DNA of 64,000 nt from Raillietiella orientalis (Eukaryota), in NCBI GenBank assembly GCA_036172245.1, contig JAYWIR010000053.1:744001-808000 (forward strand), written 5' to 3'. Of this stretch, positions 26,390 through 39,314 are shown piece by piece. The position numbers and the translations under genes were made by a program. How positions within the stretch are numbered: position 1 is the first letter of the stretch; each line of letters starts with the position of its first letter. The notes below the pieces were generated by a model. It was given only the letters and a program-made list of their open reading frames with translations. It was not told the DNA's origin and ran no database searches.

Positions 26390-26526
26390 TGGTTGGCCTC
26401 GGTTGGCTTCCAATGAGGCATCGGTGGAAGCCGGATGCCCCCATTGACTAGCCGGGATTAAAAGTCAACCCTCCGGGGTTCTTCTAGGCATCAATGAGCA
26501 GGTTCCTTCAGGTTTCCCATCTGGTT
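26390..26526 (+). mobile_element. SINE copy S4, 5' part (split by a LINE insertion)
   Basis: Core GGTGGAAGCCGGA..TTGACTAGCCGGGATT..CCCTCCGGGG. Confidence 0.7.
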
Positions 26527-27640
26527 TATCATCTGGGTGCGCCCGGCCTTTATTTGATATAAAAATAAGCATTCATAATCTCTGTGGTTGGACCGGTGGT
26601 AAAACCACGTACTTTCAGAACAAGGCTGCCGTGCAACCGGTATGCAGGCTGAAGAGGTCCTCCACGGCAGCAGAGGCGAGGGGTCGAACAAAAAGAAAAA
26701 AAAAAAAAAAGCAAAAATAAAAGTAAATGAACTTTGGGAAGGAAAGAGATGAGGGAAAGGATTACGGTTCTCTGCATCCTTTCCAAGATGTCTTTCGAAG
26801 ATGTCGGCAAGTTCAATCCGCATATTTTCCAGGTGGAGGCATCTTGTAGCTTTCCTCAAGAAGAGGACGGCAAAATAGTTGGCATCCTTCTCGCTCGGCC
26901 CTCCTCTCGCATCGCTCCAGGCCGTTACAATCCCGCGTAGGCAGCAAGAACTGCTAGCGTGGTTGCCAGCCGAAGGCAGTCGCGTGCGAGGAGGGCTCTT
27001 GCAGCGTCCCTGGAGCTGCCGCAGGGGGTTCCTAGGGTCGCAGCAGATCGCTCTCAGAGCGGTCGGAGGGCAACACAATCCACAAGCAGGTGCGGGAATG
27101 ATTCATTCTCCCGTACCTGACGCAGTTCGTATCCAATCCCCCCCCTCCTTTTCCGGTGATGCCTGCGGGAGTTGCACGGCAGGACCCAGTGCAGCAGCAT
27201 CAATGCCGACCTCTGCCACTTCAAGGGGAGGGTGCGAGTGTTCAAGAGCACTGGAGCCACTGGAGATCTTCCTGAGAAATACCCAGCAGCCTGCCCCAGA
27301 GCGGAAGTCTTCGAGGTGGAGCACTCGGGATCGCAGCGTCTGTAAGATGGCCTGTTGTCCACTCACCGAGTCATCTTCTCCTTCAGGAAGTTTTCATAGT
27401 AACCTTTCATCTTTCTGGAAAGCTGCTGCTTGTGTGTTCCCTCAGGGAGGGCAGCACCACGGCAAGGAAGGTTTTTCCTGCCTATGCACTTTTCCTGGAT
27501 CTTCAAGGATCTTCCGGAGGGTGCAGTTGTTGTTGGACCCGTACAGGGAACGTTAAGCCCATTCCGAGCTTCTCCCCTGGTTTTTGCAAACGGTTTCCTG
27601 CAACCAGGCACTACCGTTCGTGGAGAGGAAGGAAATCCAG
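26527..27640 (-). mobile_element. LINE 3' fragment inserted in SINE S4
   Basis: C-terminal RCLHLENMRIELADIFERHL and terminal hairpin at 26533-26546. Near-identical to 59242-60157 in inverted orientation. Confidence 0.75.
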
Positions 27641-27643
27641 GTG

Positions 27644-28070
27644 GGCTTTCTATCTGATGGTGAAGAGGGAGTCTCCATCTGGTACCATGGAGCTTGCTGC
27701 CACTTACCCTCAGAGGATGCCTCTCCAGAGAGTAAGAAGCGCGCTGCTCACTCCGAGGTTCTTTTCAGAAGAGAAAATAAGGAACAAATCCTTTCCAGGT
27801 TCTTTTCGGAGAAGAAATGAAGAGTGACCCCCACCGGAGGACCCCTCTGGAGAGAATCATGAAGAAGTTCCCTTCAGGGTTTCATTCGGAGACAACCAGG
27901 GCGGAGGTTCACTTCCAAGCGTGAAAGAAGCGTTCCGAAACCTTCCTGGAATCATAGGGTGGTCCCTCCGGGGTTACCCCCTATGATGTGAGCAGTCACA
28001 CGCACCCTTGAGTGAGCGGATGGCGTTAAGGATCTTCGTTAGCCCTCTCTAAGGAGGCGAACCAAAAAAA
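27644..28070 (+). mobile_element. SINE copy S4, 3' part
   Basis: ACCATGGAGCT, GAAGCGCGCTGCTC, GGAGACAACCAGG, CATAGGGTGGTCCC and tail AAGGAGGCGAACC followed by an A run. Confidence 0.85.
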
Positions 28071-28499
28071 GAAAAATCTAGAAGGAAAAGCAGAGAAGAC
28101 AGAAGAACTAGCAAGAAAAGAAGAAACAGCGAAAACACAAAGATTTTCCTCACGCGCCACAATAAATGCAGCAGAAAGATAAGGGAGGAAGGAAGCAGGA
28201 CCGTCGTCACATCTCAATAGCCCACCGCACGCACCCCGGCTCATGCACATCCAATCTCGGTATGGGTGGACGGCACAGATCGCGTCTTCCTCTCGGCTGT
28301 GGATAACCCCGGAGGCCGAGGAGATCAGCGAAGATGTGCTCTGCCCAAAGGCAATGGACATCTGCAGGAATGCTGCCAAATCAGTTGCAAAGGAAGAGAA
28401 CAAGCAGCTGATTTTGCGTCTGACCGAAGCGGAGGAGCAAGTGTTGGTGGAGATATCCGGCGTGAGCAGCAGCCAGCACTCTGCCCCCTCCGGAATTTT

Positions 28500-28800
28500 C
28501 CCTTTTGGCTTTTGCGGCCTTCTGCGGTTTCTTTCGGGTTTCGAAAACCCACCTCCATGGAAGAAGTTTCGTTCTTCTCCATCGGCTCTCATCCAATTCA
28601 TACAATCTTCAGACCTGCCGATGGAGAGAATGGCAACGCAGACGGCCCTTCAAGGGTTGACTTTCAGCCCAAGGAGGAAGAACAGGGAAGTATGCGCGGA
28701 TGAGAGATCGTGGTGTCTTCCTCCCCGCTGAATCAACCAGCACACGCTTGACATCAAAACAATGGGTCTCATCGGGTCGCACGATGGAAATTTTGAGTTC
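28500..28800 (-). pseudogene. LINE APE fragment
   Basis: ISIVRPDETH (LQETH-like) and VCVAIL (GVAIL-like) in adjacent frames. Confidence 0.35.
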
Positions 28801-28839
28801 TGTTTGGCCTGTTTCCCTTCCAGCTCTTTTTTTTCCGAG

Positions 28840-29160
28840 TTTTTTTTTGGTTCGCAAAGTGCTGAAGAACCGTTTCGCCTCCTTAGAGAAGGTACATGAA
28901 GCTCTTTAACACTATCCGCTCCAACCGAGGGTGCGTGTAACTGCTTAAACCATAAGGGGTGACCCCGGAGGGACTATCTTATGAATTCAGAAAGGCTCCG
29001 GAGGAAGGTGTCCGTTCCTCTTACGTTTGGGAGGGAATTCCGAAGGGAATTCTCGCCCTGGTTGTCTCCGAAGAGAACCTCGAAGGAAACCTCTTCCTTA
29101 TTCTCTCTGGAAGAACTCTGGAGGACTCCGCTCCTCAGTAATTTTCCAGAGGTAACCTAG
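28840..29160 (-). mobile_element. SINE copy S5 (3' half)
   Basis: TTTTTTTTGGTTCGCAAAGTGCTGAAGAACCG at 28841-28872 is the tail plus poly(A); TGGTTGTCTCC unit present. Confidence 0.85.
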
Positions 29161-29605
29161 AAAAAATCACCTGGAATAGCTTGTCTCTGACAGTGATTAC
29201 GATAATGCTTTACTTACCTGGTTCATGAAAGACCAGTGGGTTACAGGGCTGCAGATTTCAGCAGTAGATGGGATGATGGCCAAGCCTCACGTGCACTCCT
29301 GCATTTTTCTTTTTCTGGAATAGAAGTTCTATACGAGACCTACGAAATATTCAGAAAATTCTTCAGAAATTCTTCTCCATGAATCAGATCTGCAATCGGC
29401 ATTGGCGACTGCAAATAGCTCGAGGATTATGGTAACACTGAATCAAAAAGATACAGGGGGGTAAGGTAAAAGAGATATCAGAACACATGATGGAGCAGCT
29501 TCACAATTCTGAGAACTGAAATTCGCATGCTTATAGTCTGATAGGTCAAGAATAAAACAAAAGACACCTAAGGAAACTTCTCTGTAGTGTGACTGCAAGA
29601 CAATT

Positions 29606-29830
29606 GCGGGTTCCCTTCCGGAGAAGAACTGAGAAGAACCAAGAACTGTGTCCGAGTTCCCTTCGGGGAAGAACTGAACTCTCTTTTTCATTGTCCCCTA
29701 CGGAGAGAGGGAGGAAGAGGTTCATTGTCTCCCTACCAAGCTTAAGAGAAACGGACTCCTCCCTCCGGGGCCTTTCTGGATTCATAGGGTGGTCCCTCTG
29801 GGGTTACTGACTATAACTTAAAGGGTGAAC
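29606..29830 (+). mobile_element. SINE copy S6 (internal/3' fragment)
   Basis: CTGGATTCATAGGGTGGTCCCTCTGGGGTTAC block and repeat-unit remnants. Confidence 0.7.
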
Positions 29831-30534
29831 TGTAGTGAGTCTTGTTCTAATGGTTTTGTATTGTCTCCCTCCTCAGGTTCCCGCATTTGAGCCTCTTGCA
29901 GTCTCGGCTTCTGAGTGCTTTGCCTTCCTTCCTTCTTGTTGATTTTTAATTTGCAACCTAAAATGCAGTCAGCAAGTCGTTTCCGGATTGGCCCCATCCT
30001 CGAGTTCTTTCTCCATGTTTGTGCTTCTCAGCAATCGGAATGCAAAATGAACTGCAAGAGTGCACAGGACCAAATCGTCTCCGCAAACAACGTGGGTCAG
30101 GTGGCACGTGCGCGGAAACCGCTCCATAGGAAATGAAGTCTAAGGCTCAGGAACCAAGTTCTAATCCTACAGCTCATGAGGATTGTTCCGGGGTTCGCAG
30201 CTGCGAGTGACCTAGTCGGTGAAGCCGATGGTGGCCACGAGCGTGGGCAATCGTGCGTTTCCTGCAACAGCCATAAGGGATAAGGGAGTCGAGTTGGTCC
30301 AAAGGTCGTCGGTTTCTGGTTTCGACTCAAATGACATTTTCTTTTCTTTCCTTTTTTCCCCCCCTTTTTTTATCGCATCGTCTGGAGTCTCACATTTGGC
30401 GGCTCGGCTCAGCTGATCGAACCTGTGCAACCGGCGCCCAGCAGAAACGCGCAGGAGTTACGTCAGTCGCATGCCAGCCACTGAGAGAGGGATGAGATTC
30501 GGAAGGATGCAGGCCGCTCCTTGTTTCCGGTTCT

Positions 30535-30945
30535 TTCCCATTCGGATGCACCGAGGTGACTATTTATACTTGAAGATTTGTAAATAAACATGCAATTTTC
30601 TTATTCCAGCTCGAGGTGAAAATCAGTCAAAGCGCTCAAGAAATCCCATGGGAGAAGGGGTGATGGAAGCGATGGGTAAAGCGGACTCCAGGTGTCAGTG
30701 ATGCGGATGTAAGGAGACTCTTCCGCATTGGCTCATAGGCTCCAGTGCTACCTTCTGCGAGAAGATCAGGTGGCAATTCGTCTGCCCTTTCTTCGCCACG
30801 GTCCGGAAGATCTACTCGGGCAGTTCTTCAGCAGCGACGGTCTCTCGCGGGCAGATGACTGCGACTGTTTGCGTGCTGTCTATGCTCCACAAAGGTGTGG
30901 CGCGTAGACACCACATAAGGACTCCACACGCCAAAGCCGCCTACA
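30535..30945 (-). mobile_element. Possible LINE 3' fragment
   Basis: Terminal-type hairpin at 30542-30554 (minus strand TCGG-TGCAT-CCGA), preceded by TATAAA and followed by ATGGGAAAG; protein similarity is weak. Confidence 0.35.
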
Positions 30946-32345
30946 TCAAACTGACGAACTGTGGTTTATCCTAGCCTGGGGAGTTGGACCTCCGTTTTCA
31001 GTGGTCCCTAACTTTCGGACAAGCTTCCTTTTTTTGAATATCCCCCAGGTCAGGTTCATCCCGGTTGATAAACTCGAAAGAGGATGATCGAACTGCAGGA
31101 ATGCCTTTTCCAGCTGAGAAGCAGGGTTTGCTGGGAAGGAGATGAAAATCCTCTTCGCGTTCTTCTGCTGACTGTCATGTTTGAACTTTGCGATGGCGGG
31201 CGACGCTCTATGGACTCTGTGCATCTGATGGAAGCACCCCGCACCTCAAACGCGAACTCGCAGTCCAGGTTTATCTACGGAGGTGCAGCCAGAAGTGGAC
31301 TCCAACAGCCCTCGAGAATTTCTTGCTGCCCCAAAAGAAACTGGGATGCCTGGCAATGGCAGGAGACGCTGGAGTCATGGGTAGCCACTCTGGTAGTGCG
31401 CCGAGAGGAACTTCGTTTTCTGAGGAAACTCCTACGCAAACCCATGGGAGACATCCTGCGGGACTGGGAGCCAGTGGCTTCAGATAGCCATCTCGCCTCT
31501 TGTCCCAGTGCTGCCTGCCCTCAGCGCAAACCAGAGCAGCAGCCAACCGGCGGGGTGGAAGATTCCTTGCAGCATTGCAGGAGTCTTCGATGGCTGCAAG
31601 ACGAGCGAGTCGGTGGACGATGTCGCTCCGCATTCTCGGGCGAAGAGACTCCTTCGGTGGAGGGACCTGCTCAATGCGCCTCCCGAAGAACTGTGGTCCC
31701 TTCCCTGTGTGCACGAACATCGAAGTGTTCCCATTGAAATGGCAAGGGGATGTTCTGCTGCTCCTGCACTGAAGACTCCAGTGCAACCAGCTATGGAATC
31801 TGGTTCTTGGGTATGGTGCTGCGTCCCCAAGACCGCTCACGTTTTTTGATGGACCGCGGGTGCCTTCGGAGACGTTTGGCGGTGACTCGCTTCGGCACTC
31901 CTCCATCCAAGGGACGCGGTTGAGAACTTGCTGCGGCGCTTCTTCGCGCCATGTGACGGGATGTTGCCTCCTCGCCGTGGTGACAGTGCGCCTTGTGATG
32001 GAGTCTCGTTCGCAGCGAAGGGAGGCCACCAGCATGTCAGTCGCCTCGGTAGGGAGGGCTGCGAGGTGTCCTCACCTTCCAGAAGAAATAGCCAGGGAGA
32101 TCGCCAGCATTCAGTGTCATCTCTAGGAAGAAAGGAGTGGCTGAAAACAAAGACACTCGTCCCTACTCTTCCCCCCCTTTCTTCACTTCATTTCTTGTTC
32201 CCTTCCTTCTTCTCCTGACTCTCTTAGAAGCTGGCCTGCATGACGATGGTCATTTCTGATGAACTCTTTTTTTGGCATATTTTTGCATTTCTGGTTCCTT
32301 AGTTTTTCGTAAATAAAAGTCTCGGAGTGACCAGGTACAAACCTC
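30946..32345 (+). mobile_element. 5'-truncated LINE, post-RT region to 3' end
   Basis: MIELQECLF, a degenerate CCHC region (AHVF..W..LASALL), HLPEEIAREIASIQCHL*, then AATAAA and a hairpin at 32321-32335. Confidence 0.8.
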
Positions 32346-32349
32346 ACGT

Positions 32350-33170
32350 AACAACTTCCCGGCGAAGTTTCCATCAAACCTGTCTAAAGATAAGGGACGC
32401 TTCTGGAGCAAACCCTCTTTGGGTTCACTGAGTGCGATACAGGGAAACGAAAGCAGAATCGGACGGAAGGTGCCTCGACTTGCCGCTCCATGGCCGGCCA
32501 GCAGCCTTTTTCCCAATGGTGAATGCGCAAGCAAATTATGTGCGTACGTTCCTGTTCCGGATTTTTCCAGAAAGGGGTGGAAAAATCCCATCCAGAGTAG
32601 CCAGCGGAAAAGCGAATTCGCGGCATCCTTCGTGGAATGAGTGCCGGTTTTCATGGCTTTTTCGTTTCCTTCGCTTTAACTTCCTCGGGAGCATGCAAGC
32701 GGTAGGTACACATCTTAGAGAGGTTTGCTGGATCGATCCCTCTGAAGAATTTCGGTTGGTCAAGACGAAAGCGGAGATCCGAGTAACTTCTTGGAACCAC
32801 CAGGAAAGAAGATGGACGTGTACGCATCATCCAGTCGGAGCAGATTCGTCCTTGACGTGGCAGTCTTCAGCTTTCGTCGGATGTGCTGCTGATGAACCAT
32901 TCGATGCGTTCCCTACCTGCTCGAAGGCTCGAATAATCTGCCATTGCGTGCTCATTGTATCGGGAAGGCGCGTGGCAGAGAGTTGCCGGCGCCTCGCAGA
33001 GGCCTCAGAGCGTGTGCTGGAACCAAGATGGTGAGGGAGCCTGGGCAGAGCTCTCCCTGGCGGCGTCATCTGCCGCGCCAGGGGGTAGAGGTTTAGGAGA
33101 AGGGCTCGGAAAGCGATGTGCATTCAGCTCTCCGTGCTCCAGCGGCTCCTTCCCTTCTGATTTTATGGCG
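32350..33170 (-). pseudogene. LINE ORF2 fragment (RT N-terminus)
   Basis: ATLDGIFP (PG.DG-like) followed by FRPILL (YRPISL-like). Confidence 0.45.
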
Positions 33171-34199
33171 ATTTGATGCTCCTTGTTTCCTCTAACTCTC
33201 AGGGTTTTGGAGGTGAAAAGAAGAAACAAAACAATACCCCTACAGCTCCACTTTCATTGCAACCTCGATGAGATGATGAAGAGGGGACTTATCAGAATCA
33301 TCCCAGGTGGTCACACAAAACGTCTCCGCTGCAAAGATCATGCTGTCCATTCTTTGCTCGCATGATTTTACATGTACTACGTGCTGGCTTCTCCTTCTTC
33401 TTAATTTTATCCAAACCGTGTTCTCTCTTTTCCAAGAACGCTCCCATGAATCCTCAGACTTCCTTGGAAGTCTCCGACCTATACGGAGGGAGAAACTGGT
33501 CAGTCCACAAGAAAGATTGCTTTCATTACTCCAGGCAGCTAGGAACGTCCCAGGCAAAATTTCATGTAGCTAGAAAAGTCAAAGCTCCCGCCTTCTCAGG
33601 AAAAGGAATTCGTTTTGATCAGTGCAACGGGAGGATGTGCAACACGTCGAGCGACCAGTCACAAAAGGGGCGTAATTAATTAAGTCAGTAATTTTTTCGA
33701 AATTATGATAACAGACAGTGAAGTGTCTGCGACTGAGGAGGAAAGCACACGAATAATGAATTTGGCACCATTGCATATCTTCTGCATGGAACCTTCGTCG
33801 AACGAGTGCTCGAAAAGTTGCAATTCCCTTCCTGGTGTCCTGACGCTGGAGAGGATGGAGCGTTAGCTTCAGTGTAGAAGATTAGCCCTAGCGGAGACGT
33901 TCTGGACAACCTATTGGTGAGTCCCAGCCAGACTCCTGGCCAAGCAAGCAGCCGGCGCCGAGAGACTCGGTACGTTCCTCGTGCATGACCACCGATGGAG
34001 ATGCCCCGATATGGGTACCAATTCCGGCAAATAGTCACTTGGTCCAGGAGAACAGGTGAATTTTTGCCTCGCCAATTGTGGCTCCTAAAAATTCCTAGTT
34101 TGACGGTTTAGGTGTGGACGAAAAGAAACGGCACGAGCCCGGAGCCACTGCGATGCCTGCGATTCTCGAACTGCGTTCGCTGCCCGTTGCAGGAAATCA

Positions 34200-34950
34200 T
34201 GGGCTGCCCACGGAAGACCACCTGGGCGCGAGATATCCGGATTGTCGGCACGATCAACACAGCACGCCCCAGAGTGGACATGGCGATGGTCTTGCAAGAT
34301 GGATATATCCTGCGAGATCACAGGAAGGAAGAAACAGCTGGGACGCTGAACGCTTCGTCAACTGGCTGATGCTTGCACCTCCTCCTCCCTCCTCAAGGGA
34401 AGTCTTCACTGGGCGGAGCTTCAGGACATTCCCCTGGAAGAGGTACAGACTCCCCCAGTGCTTGTGGACTGCTCCACGCTTCCCCTGGAGTGATAGGACT
34501 CGGCATTGCAGCTGCTACCCTAGGCGATCCCATGCAAAGCACGAGTCCACCTCTGGACGAGGGGCAGCGCAGCCCCGGACTGTGCCAGGTGCGCGGAACG
34601 CAAAACCTTCCCGCATCTCTTGTCGGGCTATGTTGCTCTCCTGCGTGTCCCGGAACGCTTCGTTGTGGCCCCGCTGCTCCCGACGGATAAGAGCAGAAAA
34701 GTCTTGCGGCGCCTCTTCGCTCGCGACTCGACGTCGCCTGCAGTGTCCCTTGCAGTTCCGTGCTGCCTCCGTGGGGTTGCGGCAGCAAAACGCCGCGCCG
34801 AAAGAGGCCAGTCGAACGGTAACGTCATCGCAATCGTTCGCTCCTTCCTGAGGAAGGCGACAAGATGGCCACTTTTTTGCCAGCGAAACGAGGAAATCGC
34901 CAACATCCTCCAGGGGATGCTGAGGACGCCAGAAAGAAATCTGTGATCCT
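34200..34950 (+). pseudogene. LINE APE endonuclease remnant
   Basis: IRIVGTINT...DMAMVLQDG (T.N / D..LQET motifs), later SRLDVAC (SRID-like). Confidence 0.5.
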
Positions 34951-36164
34951 TTCTTCTGTTGTCAACACCTCTTTTAGACTGAACTTTTGCGTTTTTTTCA
35001 TTTTGTTCACCCTTTGCCTTACTTCTATGTGACCTAATCTGGTGAGCTGCCCTCGAGAAGCAGCGCCTCGGAGACGTAGTGATTCTGTGGAACCTCTACG
35101 AAGAAAGACATTGGCATATCTAAGATGACTTTTCTTTTTTGTAAATTTTTCTACAATAAACGCCCTTGAGTGATCGTATGGAAACAAAGTCGCAAGGGAC
35201 TCCGTTGCCGGGCAGCCGGGGTAGTGCACGCACTTGCAGGCTTCTCGACAGCTGCCGTCCAAGCCTCCCAACCACATCTGCTAATGGATTTATATTCGTG
35301 GTTCGAAGCTCTTAGACGTTTGGAATTTCGCAACCGCAATGGCGCGTCGTGAGTTCTTGTCTTGGTGTTTCTTCGCACGGTCCTGTGTCTGTAGCCTAGG
35401 AGCGTCCAAAAAACGCGAAAGACAAGACTGCGCTCGTGCGGGTCGCGATTTGCAGCGAAGGAATCGGAACTTTCCCAACCGAGGTCGTCGCGTCCTTCCA
35501 TTCTTAGCTGGGACTCCAGCAAACCCGCGAAGCAGAGGGAGCTCTTGCCTACAGATTCCTTCGAAGCGGTGGTCGACGTGATTCCGCGCCGCGCTTCATT
35601 CGGGACTCCGCGCGCGCAGCTGCTCTGCAGCGGACTGCGGCACCAAGTCGTCCGCATGTCCCGAGTGGCTGCTGCCCCGGAAGCGCAGTGCATGTGCAGG
35701 GGGCTCCCATCTTCCGGGTCTGATTTTGCATTATGCGCGCGTGATCATGCGAACTGACATCTCTGCAATTGCGACAGGCGGAAATACCTCTTGATTTATG
35801 GCCTCCGGGGTGGAAAAGAACGGCTTGTTAATAGAAAGAGGAGAAAAAAAATGCTTCAATCTTCCTCCCTCTCCCGCTTCCTCTTTGCGCTTTATTTTTA
35901 TTCTGCATTTTTGGTCGGGAAAGAAACGATGGCTCTCGGGCTGCAGGAACATCCAGGAGCATACAGAAAAGAACTGCCGATGCAGAGGAACCGACACCCG
36001 GAAACCAGACAAGAGATACGTTTTCAGCTGCCACCATGCAGTGATCCTCAAAAAGAGCCTCAACTGTATTTCCATCATCCGGGGCTATGCAGATGATGGA
36101 AATACAGTTGGGCTCCTGTTTTCGCTGCTTCCGTTCTAGCTTTTTTTTATTTCGGATTTTCTTT

Positions 36165-36910
36165 CTTTTTCTGGTTTCCAAGGAGAGCTGAAGAACCGTT
36201 CGTTCCTTTGAAGGGGAGGGGAGGGACCAACGAAGCCCCTGGTCCAGCAGCTCTTGGTCTCTTAGCGCCACCCTATGAATCCAGTAAGGTTCAGGAAAAG
36301 GGAGTCCTTTCCTCTCACGCCTGGGTAAGGGAGCCCGAAGGGAATCCTTCAAACTGGTTGTCTGCGAAGGGAAGCCTGAAGGAAATCATCTCTTCCTTAT
36401 TGTCTCCAGAGGGAGCACCGATTTGTGGGAGCCGTTCCACATTTCGTTCTTTGAAAGAAACCAGGAAAGCATCCGCTTCCGGAATTTCTTCTCGGGAGGG
36501 ACCCCCCTCAAGGATCCGCTCCTGGTTTCCTCCTTTGAAGAAAACCCCGAAGGGAGCAGCGCGCTTTTCGAAACTCTGGTGAGGCAACTCCCCGAAGGGG
36601 ATGTTGACCAGATCCATAGTACGGCTCCCTTTCCGCCACTGGAAGGGGGGGGAGGAAGGAAGACCAGGAGGCTTCCTTGATTCCTGGAAGGACCCCGGAG
36701 AGTCCACTTGCAATCCTGACCAGTCAACGGGGCATCCAAGGATCTCTGGCTTCCACCGGTGCCCCATCCGAAGCCCCGTAGGCCAGCCAGCGCCATCTTG
36801 CGGTGGGGCAGAAAACCTACGACGCACCCATTTCTCTCGGCGTCGATCCTCCATGCGGGGATTCGAACCCGCAGCTCTAGGTGCCGTTCCTGAAGTCCGT
36901 AGCCACGCAT
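36165..36910 (-). mobile_element. SINE copy S7, near full length
   Basis: Tail GCTGAAGAACCGTTCG at ~36187, B box (reverse complement GGGATTCGAACCC) at 36858-36870, and CGACGCACCCATTTCT. Confidence 0.9.
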
Positions 36911-39314
36911 TTGCTTGCACGGGTAACTCCGGAACTCAACTTGCGCCTCGTTGTTCAGAGTTTCGGGAAGAAAGAGCTTCCTGCCGGCTCCGGTAGCCGG
37001 ATCAAGCGTTGGCCGGGAGAATGTGGCGCCATTTCGGTATGCAAATGGGCAGCTGTTGACTTTCCTTAAGGGCAAACAGAAAAGGGGGAAACGAAACCCG
37101 AAGGAGCCGTCGACGCGACAAGAACCTGTGGCTTACCGCGAAGTTCCAGCGGGTGTACTTAAAGCTTACGTGCGAGGACTCCTTCCGGAAAACTTGGACG
37201 CTGAAAAGGGAAGTTTGGGATTCCAAGCATCCGCACCGTGCTGGTTTCATCAAGAAGTCGCTGATGAGATGCACGCGGGCAGGGGGAAAAAAAAGAAAAA
37301 AAAAAACCGCATTGGAAACATCCCTCTTCTCTTCTCCCCCCTCTTTTGTCGACAATACGAAAGTGGTCGAACTCTTTGACGACAAGAGCAAAGCCAAGAA
37401 GACGAGTACCCAGGTGGATCTTCGACGTGGAACGCCTGGTCACGTGAGCGTCCGCACAAAGTAAGCGGTCCAGTGGAAGCGTAGTCGGACTGCCTTCGGA
37501 AGGCTGCGAGTGCTCTAAGCCCGTTCCACCTTGGCAGGTTCCTCCTGCCGGAGCGGGTCTCGGGAGAAACCCTTGGATGCGAGGACCGCCGCCAGAGCCC
37601 AGGGCTCCTGCCGGCTGGCTTGCAGGAGAAGAGAAGAGGGAACGAAAGATAGAGACGTTGGGGCACGCATTCTGAGGTGGTTGCCGAATCCGCCGCTGGC
37701 ATCATTCGGCGCCACTGGTCGGTCTTACGCACATGCGGAGCATCCAGCTATGATGAGTCCGGAACTGGAAAGGTGGAAGGAGGTGCAGAGGAAAGGAGAA
37801 CACCACGCTCACGGAAGCGCGAACGGTTGGCGGAGGTGAGCGGAGCACGGGGTTCGACTGGCGAGTAGAAGACCGGGAGGATTGCCCTTCCCCATCTCAT
37901 CTCTTTACCGAGCTTCGGTTCCTTGGTGCGGTCGCGGAGGGCATCCAGCAGCCGCCACCGCTGCCGCCAGTACGGCCACGCGAACCCTCCACCGGAGCGT
38001 CCGCGTTCCGCGCAGACAAAGGCGCGGCGGCACGCCGTGCTTCGCCCCCTGCCAGAGCGCGCCACCCACGAGAGAGCGCGGAAAAATACGGCGCGGGGTT
38101 TCCTGCTCGCATTCCACCGCGTGTCCGAAAGCACGAGAGAGGAGGACGGGGGAGGAAGAGAAAAAAAGAGGGAACCCCCATTGCTTCCGAGTCCGAAAGG
38201 GATCGATAAAGCGAAAATGATGGATGGATTTCGCTCTCGCTTTCCCCCCCCCAAATCCCGAACGATCCGTTCCTTCTCCGAGCAGAGGCGCGCCTCTTCC
38301 TTGAGTTCCTCCTCCTCTCCCTCCTCGGAGCGAGCACGAGCTTTCCAGTATCCGCGCCGATTCTTTCCCAGGTCACGGCGGCTCCTTGTGATTCATGGCT
38401 GCCTTGCCAGACAAAGGCCCAGCCGAGGCCACACTCCCCGGAAAGGTTCTCCTCCTCACGAGATGCGCTCGCTCTCTCCTCCCGGATTTTCCCTTTTCTC
38501 TTCCTCGGGCGCTTTGTCTGGAACGAGCGCGGAAGCCTCGAAGGTCTCTGGAGGATGCGCGCGCGCACGTGCGCGTGGCCGCAGCTTCCGCTGGCTCACT
38601 TCGGGAAAATCAGGAAAGCGGGAGAGAGAGAGAGGGAGGGGAGAAGTTTCCCGTTTGATGAAACTTCCCACTGCCGCTCCCGGCTGCCTCGTCTTCGCGC
38701 TGGACCGGCGGCGGAGGACGCGGAATGCCACTCGGCAGCGGGACCCCCGATGAACTCGCTCTCCGGAAGCATCTAGAGAATGGCAGGATCGCTTTCCCGG
38801 AAACCGGGATGGTCCTCGTTTTCTAGGATAGGGATGCTTTCGGATGCGGCGCTTTCTCAAGAAGCGACCGCCGATCCGCAGAAGCAGCGGCAGGAAACCA
38901 TCAGCTCGCTGAAGAACAAAAACTTCATGACGCGGTCCACGTCCAGCTTGACGGGGAGTATCAGCATCTCTTAGGAACCTGTGTCTCCGTGGAATTTCGG
39001 GTTTTCTGGATCGTGCTTAGAAAAAGCCTTCCCTAGGTTTGGAATCTTTTTCGATTAGGAAGGGGAGCTTCCAGAAGGACGCAGATGTGAGAATCTGCGG
39101 AGGAGTCCCTGATACGACGATACGAAGGGAAAGACGCATCATCCTGACAAGTCAAGGGTCCCTGGGTAGCCCGCTTTGGCGGCCGCAGCCTCACGACCCG
39201 AAGAAGGACCAACTCCGGCGATCGACCAAGTCCGAGGGAGGACCAGAGTCAAGAAATGGGGAGTGGGTCGAGAATGACTTCAGCCGTAGGATGATTGTAT
39301 AGCCATGGATGATG

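Noticed and set aside
28243..28731. Coding-looking helical peptide (KAMDICRNAAKSVAKEENKQLILRL)
   Set aside because: It partly overlaps antisense APE-like motifs and has no supported splice structure or identifiable family.
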